Origin: a virus
Taxonomy: Duplodnaviria; Caudoviricetes
IMG/VR virus record: IMGVR_UViG_3300043391_000853
Location: 64,001-128,000 of that record
Strand: one strand, 5' to 3'
Length of the DNA: 64,000 nucleotides
The position numbers and the translations under genes were made by a program. Under the pieces are notes generated by a model that was given only the letters and a program-made list of their open reading frames with translations, ran no database searches and had not been told where the DNA came from. Below are positions 24,689 to 34,816 of the stretch, piece by piece (within the stretch, counting starts at the first letter, position 1; each line of letters starts with the position of its first letter).

Positions 24689-27600
24689 TTATGGTTGTAC
24701 TTGTGCCTGCACTACATCACTGTAAGGCCCCATCCCGAGGCTATTAATTGCAGCGACTTTTACATATATATGAGAGTTGTAACCTAGCTCCACACCTGAG
24801 GCTATAATTTCCGCATCATGTAGTGACGCAGGTACAGGCACACCTTCAATTTTCGTTGTTCCTAATTTAGGTACTGTTACGTTCGGTTTTGGTGGGGCTG
24901 GAACTGGTGGGTCGAATGTACCCCACTGATCCGCTGCAGGCCAACCGGCGTATCCTACGAATCCTGCTTCGCTAGGTATTTGAGGGAATTTAAATACTTT
25001 AGGGACAACGGAGAGTGCTATAGCGTCATCAAGGAAATTTTTTATGGTCGTGCCGGCATTATAACTTAGTGTTGGATATCCTGGTATCCTGTCTCCGGAA
25101 ATAAACATATTTGGAATGTAGCCGTAATCCGCGGCAGGGTCGGACGCAACATAAAGATCCAAGCTCTGCAAAGATGAAAATACAAAGAAACCAGAAAAGT
25201 TTACACCGTCGGTCGAGTAGTTTACGCTATATCCAGTGACGGGTAGATTATCCCTACGTTTCAAGTTGGTGTAAGCGTTAGGAAGCAATACACCAAAACG
25301 CATACCCTGTTTGATAGTGTAAACAGCTATACTAAACTTCCTTGGAAGTGCCGGAGGTAAAACAACATTGAAAGGTCTTGAGGCCTCTCCTGGTGCTAGA
25401 ATTGTAGAGGCACGCATTCTCACGATAAGAGGGTAAGCGTGGTCTCTCAGGCTTAGTGTGGTAGCAGTTGAGAGTATACCTCCCACAAAAGGACCATCAT
25501 TTAAGCTGAGTTCATAACCTGTGACACCTACCGTGCCTGCAGGTACCGGTAAAAAGCTAATAACTGTGGTGGGAATATTGTCGCTATCGAAAGTCGTATT
25601 GCTTTCTAATATTGTTGGGGGAGAGGCACCGTAAGGTAATGTTTTAACTATAATATCATCTGTGGCGACACCTCGCGAATAGTTCAACTTCTCTCCGTCG
25701 GGTTTAGCTAGATCTTGTAGATATTGTACGTAAGCAGCAACCCTGAGTCTTACAGTGTACGTCGATCCTGCTGCCAGTCCTTTAGCTATAATTAAAGGAG
25801 TACCGTCAAAACGTAATTCTGTTTGGTTGTAACTGACTCCTCCATTTAAAGAATATTCTAACCGATAATCGCTATAAACACCAATAGCGTCCTGACTAAA
25901 AGTGTACGGTATACTTATATAGTTAACTCCAGATGTGATAGCACTAACATTAACAGTTGGGGCCTGTGCTATAGTAGAATATTCGTAATTCTTTGTTTGT
26001 GTTAATGGTGTATTAAGCCCGTCCCCAAAGCCCACAGCTACGCCAGGGAATTTCACTTTATCGTAGGTGGTATATGCATATTTACCGGTTACAGGATTTA
26101 TGGTATCTCTGTATAGGTTAACAAATCCTAGACCTTCTTCTATTTCTGCGAGGTGTTTGTTTGATGGACCCATCATACCATAGGAATTCACCGCCCTTAT
26201 AGAAATAACAAAAGTTATGAGGGCCTCCTGTAAGGTAATTCGGGCAGTCAGTTTGTCGCTATCTATGGAGTCTTCGCTAATATCTGTATAGCCTGCCTCG
26301 TAGAGTAACCCAACTGATTCTGCGTCATAACCCAGAAGCACCCTATTTTGGCCTGCGGGAGGGTTACTATAGATGGGCTGCATATTTATAGCTGTGATTG
26401 CATACTGATATCTAACTGAAGGAGCCCCTTTGATAATAGGTGCATTAAAAAACACTGTAGCTAATTTGCCTGCGCGTAAAATTTTAATAACTTCCACTTC
26501 CGATGGAGGTGTCGGAGGTTCTGTATATTTTTTAGATGTGTAGCCGATGTTGCCGTTTGCATTTATTGCCCTAATCCTGATGTCGTAATTTACCGTAACT
26601 CCAGAGTCTACAGGATCCACCACTGCAGGAATGTACGCGGTGAGTGGTGAGTCTAAGTCAGTAGCATAGCTTATCTCCGTTGCGCTGTTGGTTTCCAAAT
26701 AACGCTTTTCATCCGCTGTGGCTTTTTTGAATGTTTCTCCGCCATCAAAAGAGTATTCGTATGAAGCTATGGCGCTGCCTCCATCAAAATCACAAGGAAT
26801 GAAATAAATTTGCAGATACCTTTTATTTCCTATATCGTCAATATACGTAGCGTCTCCGTACGCAGCGTCTCCGGTGATACTATTACCACTACTGCTCGGA
26901 TAAGTTTGATAATTAAGGTCTTTGCTTACCCTATAAACGGGCACGTATACTAATTCTAACCTGTAAACTGTTGGTGCGCTGGGTGAACCTTGATTCAAAA
27001 TAAATACATCCGATGGCAAGCCTGCACCTACCGAGTTTATAGCTCGTACCTGTAGGTTATAGCTCACCTTTTCTTTTAAGTCAGTTATGGCCAGAGGTAT
27101 ATCTGTTCCTGTCTGTACAGTTTTCCAGGGTAAATTGGCACCTAAGCGGTACTCGTAATTTTGAACTGGTGTAAGCCAATGAGCATTAGGTGCTTTAAAG
27201 TATGCGTTAGCTATAGTTAGCGATGTGGTAGTACATTCTAATTCTGTAGGTTCCTCAGGTGTACCCCATTTTTTAGTTATTACTCCGGATTCTGCTCCTT
27301 TACCTAAAGTTGAGAACGCACGTATCTTAAAATAATACTCGGTTCCTACGGTTAAAGAAGCGCTGGGTACGTTTAGTGGTTGCGCTGTTGAATTGACTGT
27401 GGTCCAAGTTAAGCCATTATTTAGACTATAGTCGTAACCCGTGATGCTATTTGTGCCACTATCGGGTACAGTAAAAGTTATGTGCCCTCCAGGAAGGCTG
27501 TAAGTATTTATCTTGACGTTTGTCGGCGCTGCAGGAGTTATACCAGGCATAGTTGTATTTTGTGGGTTGGAGGATAGCTCGCCTGTCCCTGCTAAGTTTA

Positions 27601-30600
27601 CAGCAGCTATTCTAACATAATATGGGCTGCCGTTACGTAATGACGATATAGTTAAGGGAGAACTATTTTGGTTTAATGTAAAAAGTGGACCATTATTTAA
27701 GCTACATTTATAATCGATTATAGGTGACCCTCCTGTTGAGGGTGCTGTAAAACTAACTATTAATTTACCGTCGCCGCTAGCAACATTGATATTTGTGGGA
27801 ATTCCTGGGACAAGTGCAGGGTAGGCCGATACTAAGTCTGATTGTTCTCCGTTGCTGGTTGGTCTTTTTGCACGTAAAGCTATACTGTAAAGCTGACCAT
27901 TATTTAGTCCCGTAATCGATGTTTTTAAAGTATTCGGAACAGTGCCTAATGTTACCGCTGCGGTGCTCCACGTTAACCCGCCATTAATTGAATATTGGTA
28001 ACTGACACCCAACCCGAATGGTGCATTAGAGGGTGCCGTAAATGTTACATCCAGTCCTTGATCTTTAGATATTATCGGCGTGATTATAGTGGGCGGGGAG
28101 TATATCAAATACATTGTTATACTGATCGCTACACTTGCCAGGCCGTTGCCTGCGGAGTTTACAGCCTTTAACACAACGTTATATGTACTACCTAACGTTA
28201 GTCCGGTTACAATAATTGCGTTTTCTCTAGTTGTTACTTTTGAGCTGTAGGAAACCCCGTTATTGGTGCTATATATATAGCCTGAAATATCTCCGCCGCC
28301 ATTACTCACAGGAGCTTGAAAATTAATACGAAAACTAGTCGACGTTAATTGATTGAGGCTGTTGATGTATGGAGCCGTAGGTACCCCTATAGGTGTAAAC
28401 CTGACCGCTGTTGAAGACGGGCTAACGCTTCCGGCGGCGTTAACCGCACGTAATCTTAAAGGGTAGTTGATTCCGTTCGATAGGTTGGCTATTTGAATTC
28501 GGCCTGTTCCTCCTGCCTGCGGAGCAAGTATTGTGGCCACTAACCATGACTCATTTACAGTTAAACTATATTCGTATCGACTTATAGCTGCTCCCCCGGT
28601 GCTTGTAGGTGCGTTAAAATCGAACCGTACACCGCCATTGTAGGTCTCGACAGGAGTGACGATGCTTGGAGGAGAGGGAGGCTCTACAGGACTTTTTACT
28701 ATAGGTGTAGATATGGCTCCAACGCCTAGGGAGTTAACGGCTCTAATTCTTATAGAGTAAGACTGTCCGTTATTTAAGTTAGTTATAACAATCAATGATT
28801 CTGTAGAATTTGTTGATACAAATGCTCCACCATCTACCGAGTATTGATAACCTGTGATATCATAACCTCCTGTGTTTGCAGGGGGACCAAAAGATATTAA
28901 CAGTCTCTTACTACCGGCTCCGACTGATATATTGGTCGGTACTTCGGGTGTTTTGCCGGGTTTAACCAGCAATGAAGTTCCCGTCACAGGCAGTTCTCCA
29001 TCAATCGTAATAGCTCCTATATATAACGGATATACTTGACCATTAACCAGGTCTTCGTTTAATGCGTTTTTTGTTATTGTGAAAGAACTTACTGCTCCTG
29101 TGGCAGGAGTAATGGTCGTAAAATTAGCTCCGTTATCGACGCTATATCTGTAATTTAATATAGCTACTCCTCCTGTGTTGACTGGTGGAGTAAAACTAAT
29201 GGTGACGCTTTTATCTCCTGGAACATAAGTTACACCTGTAGGAGCCCCTGCAACCTCTGTAGTGATAGTGGTGTCACTTACAGGTGTACCTGAAACGGCT
29301 GCAGACGAAGCGCCTATGCCTTTGATGTTAGATGCACGGACAACTATAGAGTAAGCTACAGCATTTAACAGCGCAGACGAATCAGACGACTGTTTGTTGA
29401 TGTTTATCGGACTAGATGCTACCCCTGATGAAATGAACGTGGTTCCTCCATCTGTGGAATATTCTAAGTCTGTGGTGGGGGTACCGGCATAAACAGCATT
29501 TTCAGTTATGCGTACAAGTAATTGTTTGTCATAGCCTGCTATAGGAGAAACTATGGTTGGTGCGCCTGGTACCGTGTAGGGTACAGCTGTATATGTCAGG
29601 GACGTGACACCTGCTCCTGTAGCGTTGACTGCCCTAAGTCTTATTGAATAGGTTGTGCCGTTGGTGAGTCCTGTTATATTGACAGGTGAGACAGCTGTTT
29701 CTCCTGAAACAAAAGAGGCTCCATCAAGCGAGTACTCGTAGCGAACAATAGCAGATCCCCCATCACTGACGGGAGCTGTAAACCCCACACTTAGACTTCC
29801 GTCATTAGAAGTTATTTGAATGCTTGTAGGCTCTGTGGGAATTGATGCTGGTGCTGCTGTAAAATTTATACTGCCCAGATTCGCTGCGCCTGCGGAAACA
29901 CTGTATGTGCTTGGAGAAAAAGCGAAAAATGCTGAGGATGGGGTGATTACCACACTCTCGTCGTACTCTACATATACAACATAACTTCCATCTGTGTTTG
30001 AAGTTGGTGTATTAATGCCTCCACTCATGGCGGCTCCCTCGATAGGAATACCTGAAGATGTGGTTATGCTACCGCTAATTGTTCTTGCTGGTCCTGTGGC
30101 TGTGAAGTTGACTCCGGTGACATTTGAGCTACCTATTGTAACATTACCTATTGCAGCTATATAATAATTATCTTTCGTGGCAATTAAACTATAGCTGCCA
30201 GGAGATAGTGTAGAGATCTGATATGTCCCGTCGCTGCCTGTTGTCGCGTACCTTGTCGAGTCTATACTCACTTTCACCCCAGCTACAGGGACGAGCGAAG
30301 CTGAGGCTACTCTACCTGTTATAGAGTAGAGTACTCTTAATACAGCTATATTTAAAAGTATTGCGCTTGTTTCGTAATCTGCGGTACTTGCCGATATTTT
30401 AACTAGATACGAGCCTGTCTGTGTCGGGGTTCCTGCCAGTGTGTTGTTGACTAGTGTTATGCCGGGTGGTAGAGACTCAGCTGTCAATGTAACCGTCGCG
30501 TTGTCGTAAGTACTGCAGGTTAAAATTTGTGCGATGTTTGCATTCGCTTGGTTTATCTGTAAGTTGTAGTTTGTTTCTGTGACAGGAGACACAATACTTA

Positions 30601-33600
30601 TAGGTACAGTAATTGTGCAGTTAACCGTGTTGTCACCATCTGCGTTTGATGCGTGCAGCTTTACACTATACTGACGAGCCACTGCAGCGTTCTGTACTGT
30701 ACCTATGATATAGCCATCCGGACTGCAGGTTAACCCTGGGGGTAGATTTTCTGCAGAAAAGCTGGCTGTACCGATGGCAGTTATTCTAAAGAGTGCTGCT
30801 TGCTTCGTGTAGGTTTTATTTTTACTTACAGTAAACCTGGAGTTTTCAGCAATGTTGTTTATTACAGGTCCGGAGGTAGCACTGAATGTCACACTCAGGT
30901 TCAAGGCAGCTCTACCTACAGGGTTTGTCACATATACTGTAAAATTGTATTTTTTACTGTAGGCGAACGGAATCTCGGTCGGTATTTCTGTGGAGCTCAG
31001 ACTACCATATACTTTTCCTGTGGTAGGTGCAATTTGAAAGCCAGGAGGTAGTCCAGCAGCAGAATAAACATTTCGTGCAGCCTCCGGCAAGTTTGCATCA
31101 TTTAAATTTGTGCCTCCTAACGCTTGTGTTGCAGCTACGGTAAATAATGGAGAACTAAGAGTTGTAGTTGAGTATAGCCCTACGTTAAAATTATAAGAAC
31201 TGACTGGATAAGAAATGGTAGGAGCAAAACCTACGGTGTAGATTATATCTATAGGTAGTAGGGATGAAGATCCGTACACATTTCTAGCGCTAGCGTACAC
31301 TGTACGAGAACCTGATGATGTTTCGGTAAGTTTTCCTATAACCTGACCTGTTGCATTATTAAAAAGCAAGCCTGTAGGCAGCTCTCCCACTAGCGAATAT
31401 TCGAATATGGGTGCGTTAGTTGCCTGTAGCGCTATAAGAGGCGCGCTAGAAGTGTACGTAACTAAATTGGTGATGGCAAAGGAGGGGCCTGGTGTTTGCG
31501 CTGAAAACGCTATAACTGGAGGGTTGTTAGATTTTACTGCTAGGTTTATAACCTGAGGATCGGCCGCTGCTCCTGCACTGTTTGAGCAGCTGAGTAGTAT
31601 AGAAAACGAGGTGTTATCGAGTACTTGGGATCCAAGACTTCCTGTAAGTACTCCTGTCTGTGTATTGAAAACGAGCGCGCCAGGTAGATCTGTAGCGCCA
31701 ATCATGGAAGCGCTGTATACAGCCTGTGTATCCGAAGTCATGTTGGAAGCTATGACCTGTAATAATGGTTCTTCGGCTGTGTATATTGTGTCGCTGGATA
31801 TGTTTAAAGGAAAACTTGATGTGTATGACTTGGCGAGAGGAGATAGAATTACCGGCAGTGGTTTATAATTTAGCGTGATTCTATATACAATGCTTCCTAC
31901 CGTCGTTAGCGCGAACTTCAAAAAGAAGATGAAGGTTTTGGTTGATGTTTGCGTAGGCCTGCTGGTGATGTTTAGTGTAACAGCGCCTGCACCTACGCCA
32001 TAATCTATCCAGGACGGAATGTCGCCATAAGCAGACTGTATACTAGCTAAGTTGGCTACAGTAAATGTTTTTTCAAAGGAGGCCCATGTTCCTTGTGATA
32101 CGTCGTATGTTACGGAACCTCCGGCATTTAATCCCCCATCAGGGCAACCAGCACCATCTATATTAGCTATAGTGTATGTGTCCCCTATCTTTGTGTTGTT
32201 TTTTGTAACGTTGAACACATCAATGTCTAACTCTCCGTTGTATGTTTCACATTTGATGTAATATACTGCTTCTATAAAGGCGTAATCCCTGCAGCCCAGT
32301 GTAACAGACGGTGTGTCTACAATAGACACAGTTTCTTTGGTTCTAACCTTAAAGTCGCCCTGTCTAGTTAGTGCTGTGGGATTAAAGGCTACAGAAATAC
32401 CTACAGTTTCTGACGATGGATTGAATATAGCTACAGCTAAAGTTAGATAGGTTACGTAGTCTCCAGAAGGAGCATAGGCCTCAGTTGTGGTGTGTTTTAC
32501 TTTAAAGTAAGGGTTTAAAATAGTTTCAGTGCCTTGGTTGTAGGCGCTGACAGCACAGTTCATGTTTCCTATGACTCCGTTATCTACGACTCTAAAATAC
32601 AGATTAGACGCGCCGCCAAGAGGTTTGTCTACTTTTACAGAGGTCGGGCTCACCACCTCGATAATTTTGAACTCGCGTACGTCACCTACATTAAATTGTA
32701 CCTGGAGAGTTCTGCCTTCATGGAAATACTTTTTGAATCCTTCTGTGCTGCAGTGCACATACTCAGGATGGCTAGGGTCGCTACATCTAACAAAAGGGTT
32801 GTCTGCGTCTAGTACACAAAAGGATGTAGATAATATCGAAGAAGATGTTTCTGAGCATTTTCCTCTTAATTCTGTTGCGCTGAAGGCTATATTAGCTAGC
32901 TCCTTTGAGGCGTCTTCTATTCTGTTCAGGTAATGCGCAAAAGCTCCAAGTATTTCCGGGGCGCATTTAGGTTTACAAAAGTTTTGTAGATAAATGCCAT
33001 GTCCTGCATGTACCGCATCAAAGTTAGCAGTATCACCATCAGGTAGGTTAATTACAAATTCTCTATAAGGATCCAGATATTCCCCAAGTAAGATTTCATC
33101 GTTTGCGGTTAATACATTTGCCACATAACAGTTTGAAGTCTTGAGAAAAAGAGCTCCTTCTGTATTCGGGAAAACCCGGTTCACCGAGTACACGTCAGTT
33201 ATTTCTCCCTTCTGTGTACATGGATCATATAGTCCTGCACCCAACCCTGGGGCAACATATAGATCACCGACATTTATCGAGGTCAGTATGAAGCTGCTGT
33301 TATGTCTCGGGCTTACTACGATTGGCAGCTCTGTTAATGACGGGTATGCGGCTACAATAAAAGGTTCGTCGGGAACGTCCTCGTCCCTAGCTCTGACTGT
33401 ATCGTACGCTTCAAAATTTATATTATCTACCCTAGGAGCATTCAGAATTATAGCACCGCTAGACAGCTCTGTTTCAACATAACGGTCCGTCGAAGAATAT
33501 GAGTATACTTGTGAGAACGCATCCTTCTCTACTAGTCCTGCACCAAAAACAAACTTCACGGAAAATCTAGCGAACGAAGCGTACGCAAAACTACTATCCG

Positions 33601-33880
33601 TGTTTACGCGGTGATTTACTAGATTTTCAGGAGATATGATAATCTCATTGAGGGGCTCTAAATTTTCGAGATTGGTAAATATTACACGCAGCGCTCCTGT
33701 GTTTGTCTTCTCTAGCCTAGAGATGAATACTCTCCTGATCGCGTTATCGTACGATACGAAAAGAATATCGTAGAACCAGTCGTCGCTCAACGGATGGTTA
33801 AGTTGCGTAGTGCTTGGTTGCCTCTTCCTAAAAGGATATGAGGTTAAACTATTTAAAGTTAAATACTCAAGTGCTGCCAT
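24689..33880 (-). CDS. Giant (3063 aa) tail fibre/adhesin: paralog N-module, putative-Ig repeats, prealbumin-like domains and many FN3 repeats
   Basis: LEYLTLNSLTSYPF start; five LPxG...TG.I.G repeats; repeated FTAP..GG..I..Y.YS..G...GL.NG..Y....RAVN..G.G units. Confidence 0.85.
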   Translation of the reverse strand: MAALEYLTLNSLTSYPFRKRQPSTTQLNHPLSDDWFYDILFVSYDNAIRRVFISRLEKTNTGALRVIFTNLENLEPLNEIIISPENLVNHRVNTDSSFAYASFARFSVKFVFGAGLVEKDAFSQVYSYSSTDRYVETELSSGAIILNAPRVDNINFEAYDTVRARDEDVPDEPFIVAAYPSLTELPIVVSPRHNSSFILTSINVGDLYVAPGLGAGLYDPCTQKGEITDVYSVNRVFPNTEGALFLKTSNCYVANVLTANDEILLGEYLDPYREFVINLPDGDTANFDAVHAGHGIYLQNFCKPKCAPEILGAFAHYLNRIEDASKELANIAFSATELRGKCSETSSSILSTSFCVLDADNPFVRCSDPSHPEYVHCSTEGFKKYFHEGRTLQVQFNVGDVREFKIIEVVSPTSVKVDKPLGGASNLYFRVVDNGVIGNMNCAVSAYNQGTETILNPYFKVKHTTTEAYAPSGDYVTYLTLAVAIFNPSSETVGISVAFNPTALTRQGDFKVRTKETVSIVDTPSVTLGCRDYAFIEAVYYIKCETYNGELDIDVFNVTKNNTKIGDTYTIANIDGAGCPDGGLNAGGSVTYDVSQGTWASFEKTFTVANLASIQSAYGDIPSWIDYGVGAGAVTLNITSRPTQTSTKTFIFFLKFALTTVGSIVYRITLNYKPLPVILSPLAKSYTSSFPLNISSDTIYTAEEPLLQVIASNMTSDTQAVYSASMIGATDLPGALVFNTQTGVLTGSLGSQVLDNTSFSILLSCSNSAGAAADPQVINLAVKSNNPPVIAFSAQTPGPSFAITNLVTYTSSAPLIALQATNAPIFEYSLVGELPTGLLFNNATGQVIGKLTETSSGSRTVYASARNVYGSSSLLPIDIIYTVGFAPTISYPVSSYNFNVGLYSTTTLSSPLFTVAATQALGGTNLNDANLPEAARNVYSAAGLPPGFQIAPTTGKVYGSLSSTEIPTEIPFAYSKKYNFTVYVTNPVGRAALNLSVTFSATSGPVINNIAENSRFTVSKNKTYTKQAALFRITAIGTASFSAENLPPGLTCSPDGYIIGTVQNAAVARQYSVKLHASNADGDNTVNCTITVPISIVSPVTETNYNLQINQANANIAQILTCSTYDNATVTLTAESLPPGITLVNNTLAGTPTQTGSYLVKISASTADYETSAILLNIAVLRVLYSITGRVASASLVPVAGVKVSIDSTRYATTGSDGTYQISTLSPGSYSLIATKDNYYIAAIGNVTIGSSNVTGVNFTATGPARTISGSITTSSGIPIEGAAMSGGINTPTSNTDGSYVVYVEYDESVVITPSSAFFAFSPSTYSVSAGAANLGSINFTAAPASIPTEPTSIQITSNDGSLSVGFTAPVSDGGSAIVRYEYSLDGASFVSGETAVSPVNITGLTNGTTYSIRLRAVNATGAGVTSLTYTAVPYTVPGAPTIVSPIAGYDKQLLVRITENAVYAGTPTTDLEYSTDGGTTFISSGVASSPININKQSSDSSALLNAVAYSIVVRASNIKGIGASSAAVSGTPVSDTTITTEVAGAPTGVTYVPGDKSVTISFTPPVNTGGVAILNYRYSVDNGANFTTITPATGAVSSFTITKNALNEDLVNGQVYPLYIGAITIDGELPVTGTSLLVKPGKTPEVPTNISVGAGSKRLLISFGPPANTGGYDITGYQYSVDGGAFVSTNSTESLIVITNLNNGQSYSIRIRAVNSLGVGAISTPIVKSPVEPPSPPSIVTPVETYNGGVRFDFNAPTSTGGAAISRYEYSLTVNESWLVATILAPQAGGTGRIQIANLSNGINYPLRLRAVNAAGSVSPSSTAVRFTPIGVPTAPYINSLNQLTSTSFRINFQAPVSNGGGDISGYIYSTNNGVSYSSKVTTRENAIIVTGLTLGSTYNVVLKAVNSAGNGLASVAISITMYLIYSPPTIITPIISKDQGLDVTFTAPSNAPFGLGVSYQYSINGGLTWSTAAVTLGTVPNTLKTSITGLNNGQLYSIALRAKRPTSNGEQSDLVSAYPALVPGIPTNINVASGDGKLIVSFTAPSTGGSPIIDYKCSLNNGPLFTLNQNSSPLTISSLRNGSPYYVRIAAVNLAGTGELSSNPQNTTMPGITPAAPTNVKINTYSLPGGHITFTVPDSGTNSITGYDYSLNNGLTWTTVNSTAQPLNVPSASLTVGTEYYFKIRAFSTLGKGAESGVITKKWGTPEEPTELECTTTSLTIANAYFKAPNAHWLTPVQNYEYRLGANLPWKTVQTGTDIPLAITDLKEKVSYNLQVRAINSVGAGLPSDVFILNQGSPSAPTVYRLELVYVPVYRVSKDLNYQTYPSSSGNSITGDAAYGDATYIDDIGNKRYLQIYFIPCDFDGGSAIASYEYSFDGGETFKKATADEKRYLETNSATEISYATDLDSPLTAYIPAVVDPVDSGVTVNYDIRIRAINANGNIGYTSKKYTEPPTPPSEVEVIKILRAGKLATVFFNAPIIKGAPSVRYQYAITAINMQPIYSNPPAGQNRVLLGYDAESVGLLYEAGYTDISEDSIDSDKLTARITLQEALITFVISIRAVNSYGMMGPSNKHLAEIEEGLGFVNLYRDTINPVTGKYAYTTYDKVKFPGVAVGFGDGLNTPLTQTKNYEYSTIAQAPTVNVSAITSGVNYISIPYTFSQDAIGVYSDYRLEYSLNGGVSYNQTELRFDGTPLIIAKGLAAGSTYTVRLRVAAYVQYLQDLAKPDGEKLNYSRGVATDDIIVKTLPYGASPPTILESNTTFDSDNIPTTVISFLPVPAGTVGVTGYELSLNDGPFVGGILSTATTLSLRDHAYPLIVRMRASTILAPGEASRPFNVVLPPALPRKFSIAVYTIKQGMRFGVLLPNAYTNLKRRDNLPVTGYSVNYSTDGVNFSGFFVFSSLQSLDLYVASDPAADYGYIPNMFISGDRIPGYPTLSYNAGTTIKNFLDDAIALSVVPKVFKFPQIPSEAGFVGYAGWPAADQWGTFDPPVPAPPKPNVTVPKLGTTKIEGVPVPASLHDAEIIASGVELGYNSHIYVKVAAINSLGMGPYSDVVQAQVQP

Positions 33881-33891
33881 ATATTTAAGCC

Positions 33892-33920
33892 ATTGTAGCA
33901 GCTACACCGGACACGCGCAA
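33892..33920 (-). promoter_or_regulatory. Sigma70-type promoter for the giant fibre gene
   Basis: TTGCGC-17-TACAAT with an extended TG; 11 nt to ATG. Confidence 0.55.
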
Positions 33921-34807
33921 TTTGAGTTTATTGTAGAAAGATACGTCGTAAGCTGGTTGTTGACGTTATTATAACTACCTTTGAGGTCTAGGAATTTATT
34001 TTCAAGCGATGTCAATCTACCTGTCAGCTCTTCCAGGTCATTACAACCGGAACACGGCGTGCAGCAGGTGTCTTCTATGTCTAGTGTATATGAAGCTGAG
34101 CTATACACTCTTATGCAGTTTATGCCATACAAACCTACATCTCCAGTAGAAGGATCTGGCGCGACACCGTTGATGGATTTGACACAATTATTTACAGCAC
34201 ACTGCTTACTGAGGCCAAGGTTATCACCAGCATCCAAAAGCACTCTGTGTACATCCTCGGCATAACTAAATTTAAGATTTGCTCTAGATGTAAGTATCAC
34301 ATCTCCCGACAGTGTGCTTTCACCGTTCAGTGTGTCGATAAATGTGATTCTATCAATACCCTGCATGGAAGGGATTATAGTTCTAGGTTCAAACTCGGTG
34401 GATGCTGGAGTGAATTTGAAAGAGCCTGCAGGTTGTTTGGATAGGTCTTCAAACGTACCTATTGTTATTTTGCCGTTAGTTCCGGCGTATCTAGGTGAGG
34501 CGACTATAAAATAATCGCTGTCCTGCATATGTGAGGCTCTAGCTATTTCAAAAGTGCCTACACTATTCTGAGAGCCGTCCTGCCGGAGGTCGCTTATTTC
34601 TATCGTTACTGCGGTTAGCTTATTAAAGATTTTAGATATGAAAAACCTTCTAGAGACATCGCTAGATGCGCAGAGAGAAAAGTCTACTATGAAAGTGTCG
34701 GGTATCGAGAATACGCCGTCGTCGCTAGCTGCACTAGTTCCTTCTCTTAAGGGGAATCTGCGTAGCGAGTTTAAGTCTGTCCAATCTAAGCTATCGATCC
34801 AGGGCAT
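33902..34807 (-). CDS. Tail-appendage paralog 1 with Cys cluster and coiled coil
   Basis: LDWTDLNSLRRFPL; VKSINGVAPDPSTGDV; CCTPCSGC followed by heptad repeats. Confidence 0.7.
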   Translation of the reverse strand: MPWIDSLDWTDLNSLRRFPLREGTSAASDDGVFSIPDTFIVDFSLCASSDVSRRFFISKIFNKLTAVTIEISDLRQDGSQNSVGTFEIARASHMQDSDYFIVASPRYAGTNGKITIGTFEDLSKQPAGSFKFTPASTEFEPRTIIPSMQGIDRITFIDTLNGESTLSGDVILTSRANLKFSYAEDVHRVLLDAGDNLGLSKQCAVNNCVKSINGVAPDPSTGDVGLYGINCIRVYSSASYTLDIEDTCCTPCSGCNDLEELTGRLTSLENKFLDLKGSYNNVNNQLTTYLSTINSNCACPV

Positions 34808-34816
34808 AGTATTTTA

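Noticed and set aside
24689-33880. Diversity-generating retroelement target or CRISPR-like repeats in the giant gene
   Set aside because: The repeats are degenerate protein-domain repeats. No near-identical template/variable pair, reverse transcriptase or spaced direct repeats were noticed by eye.
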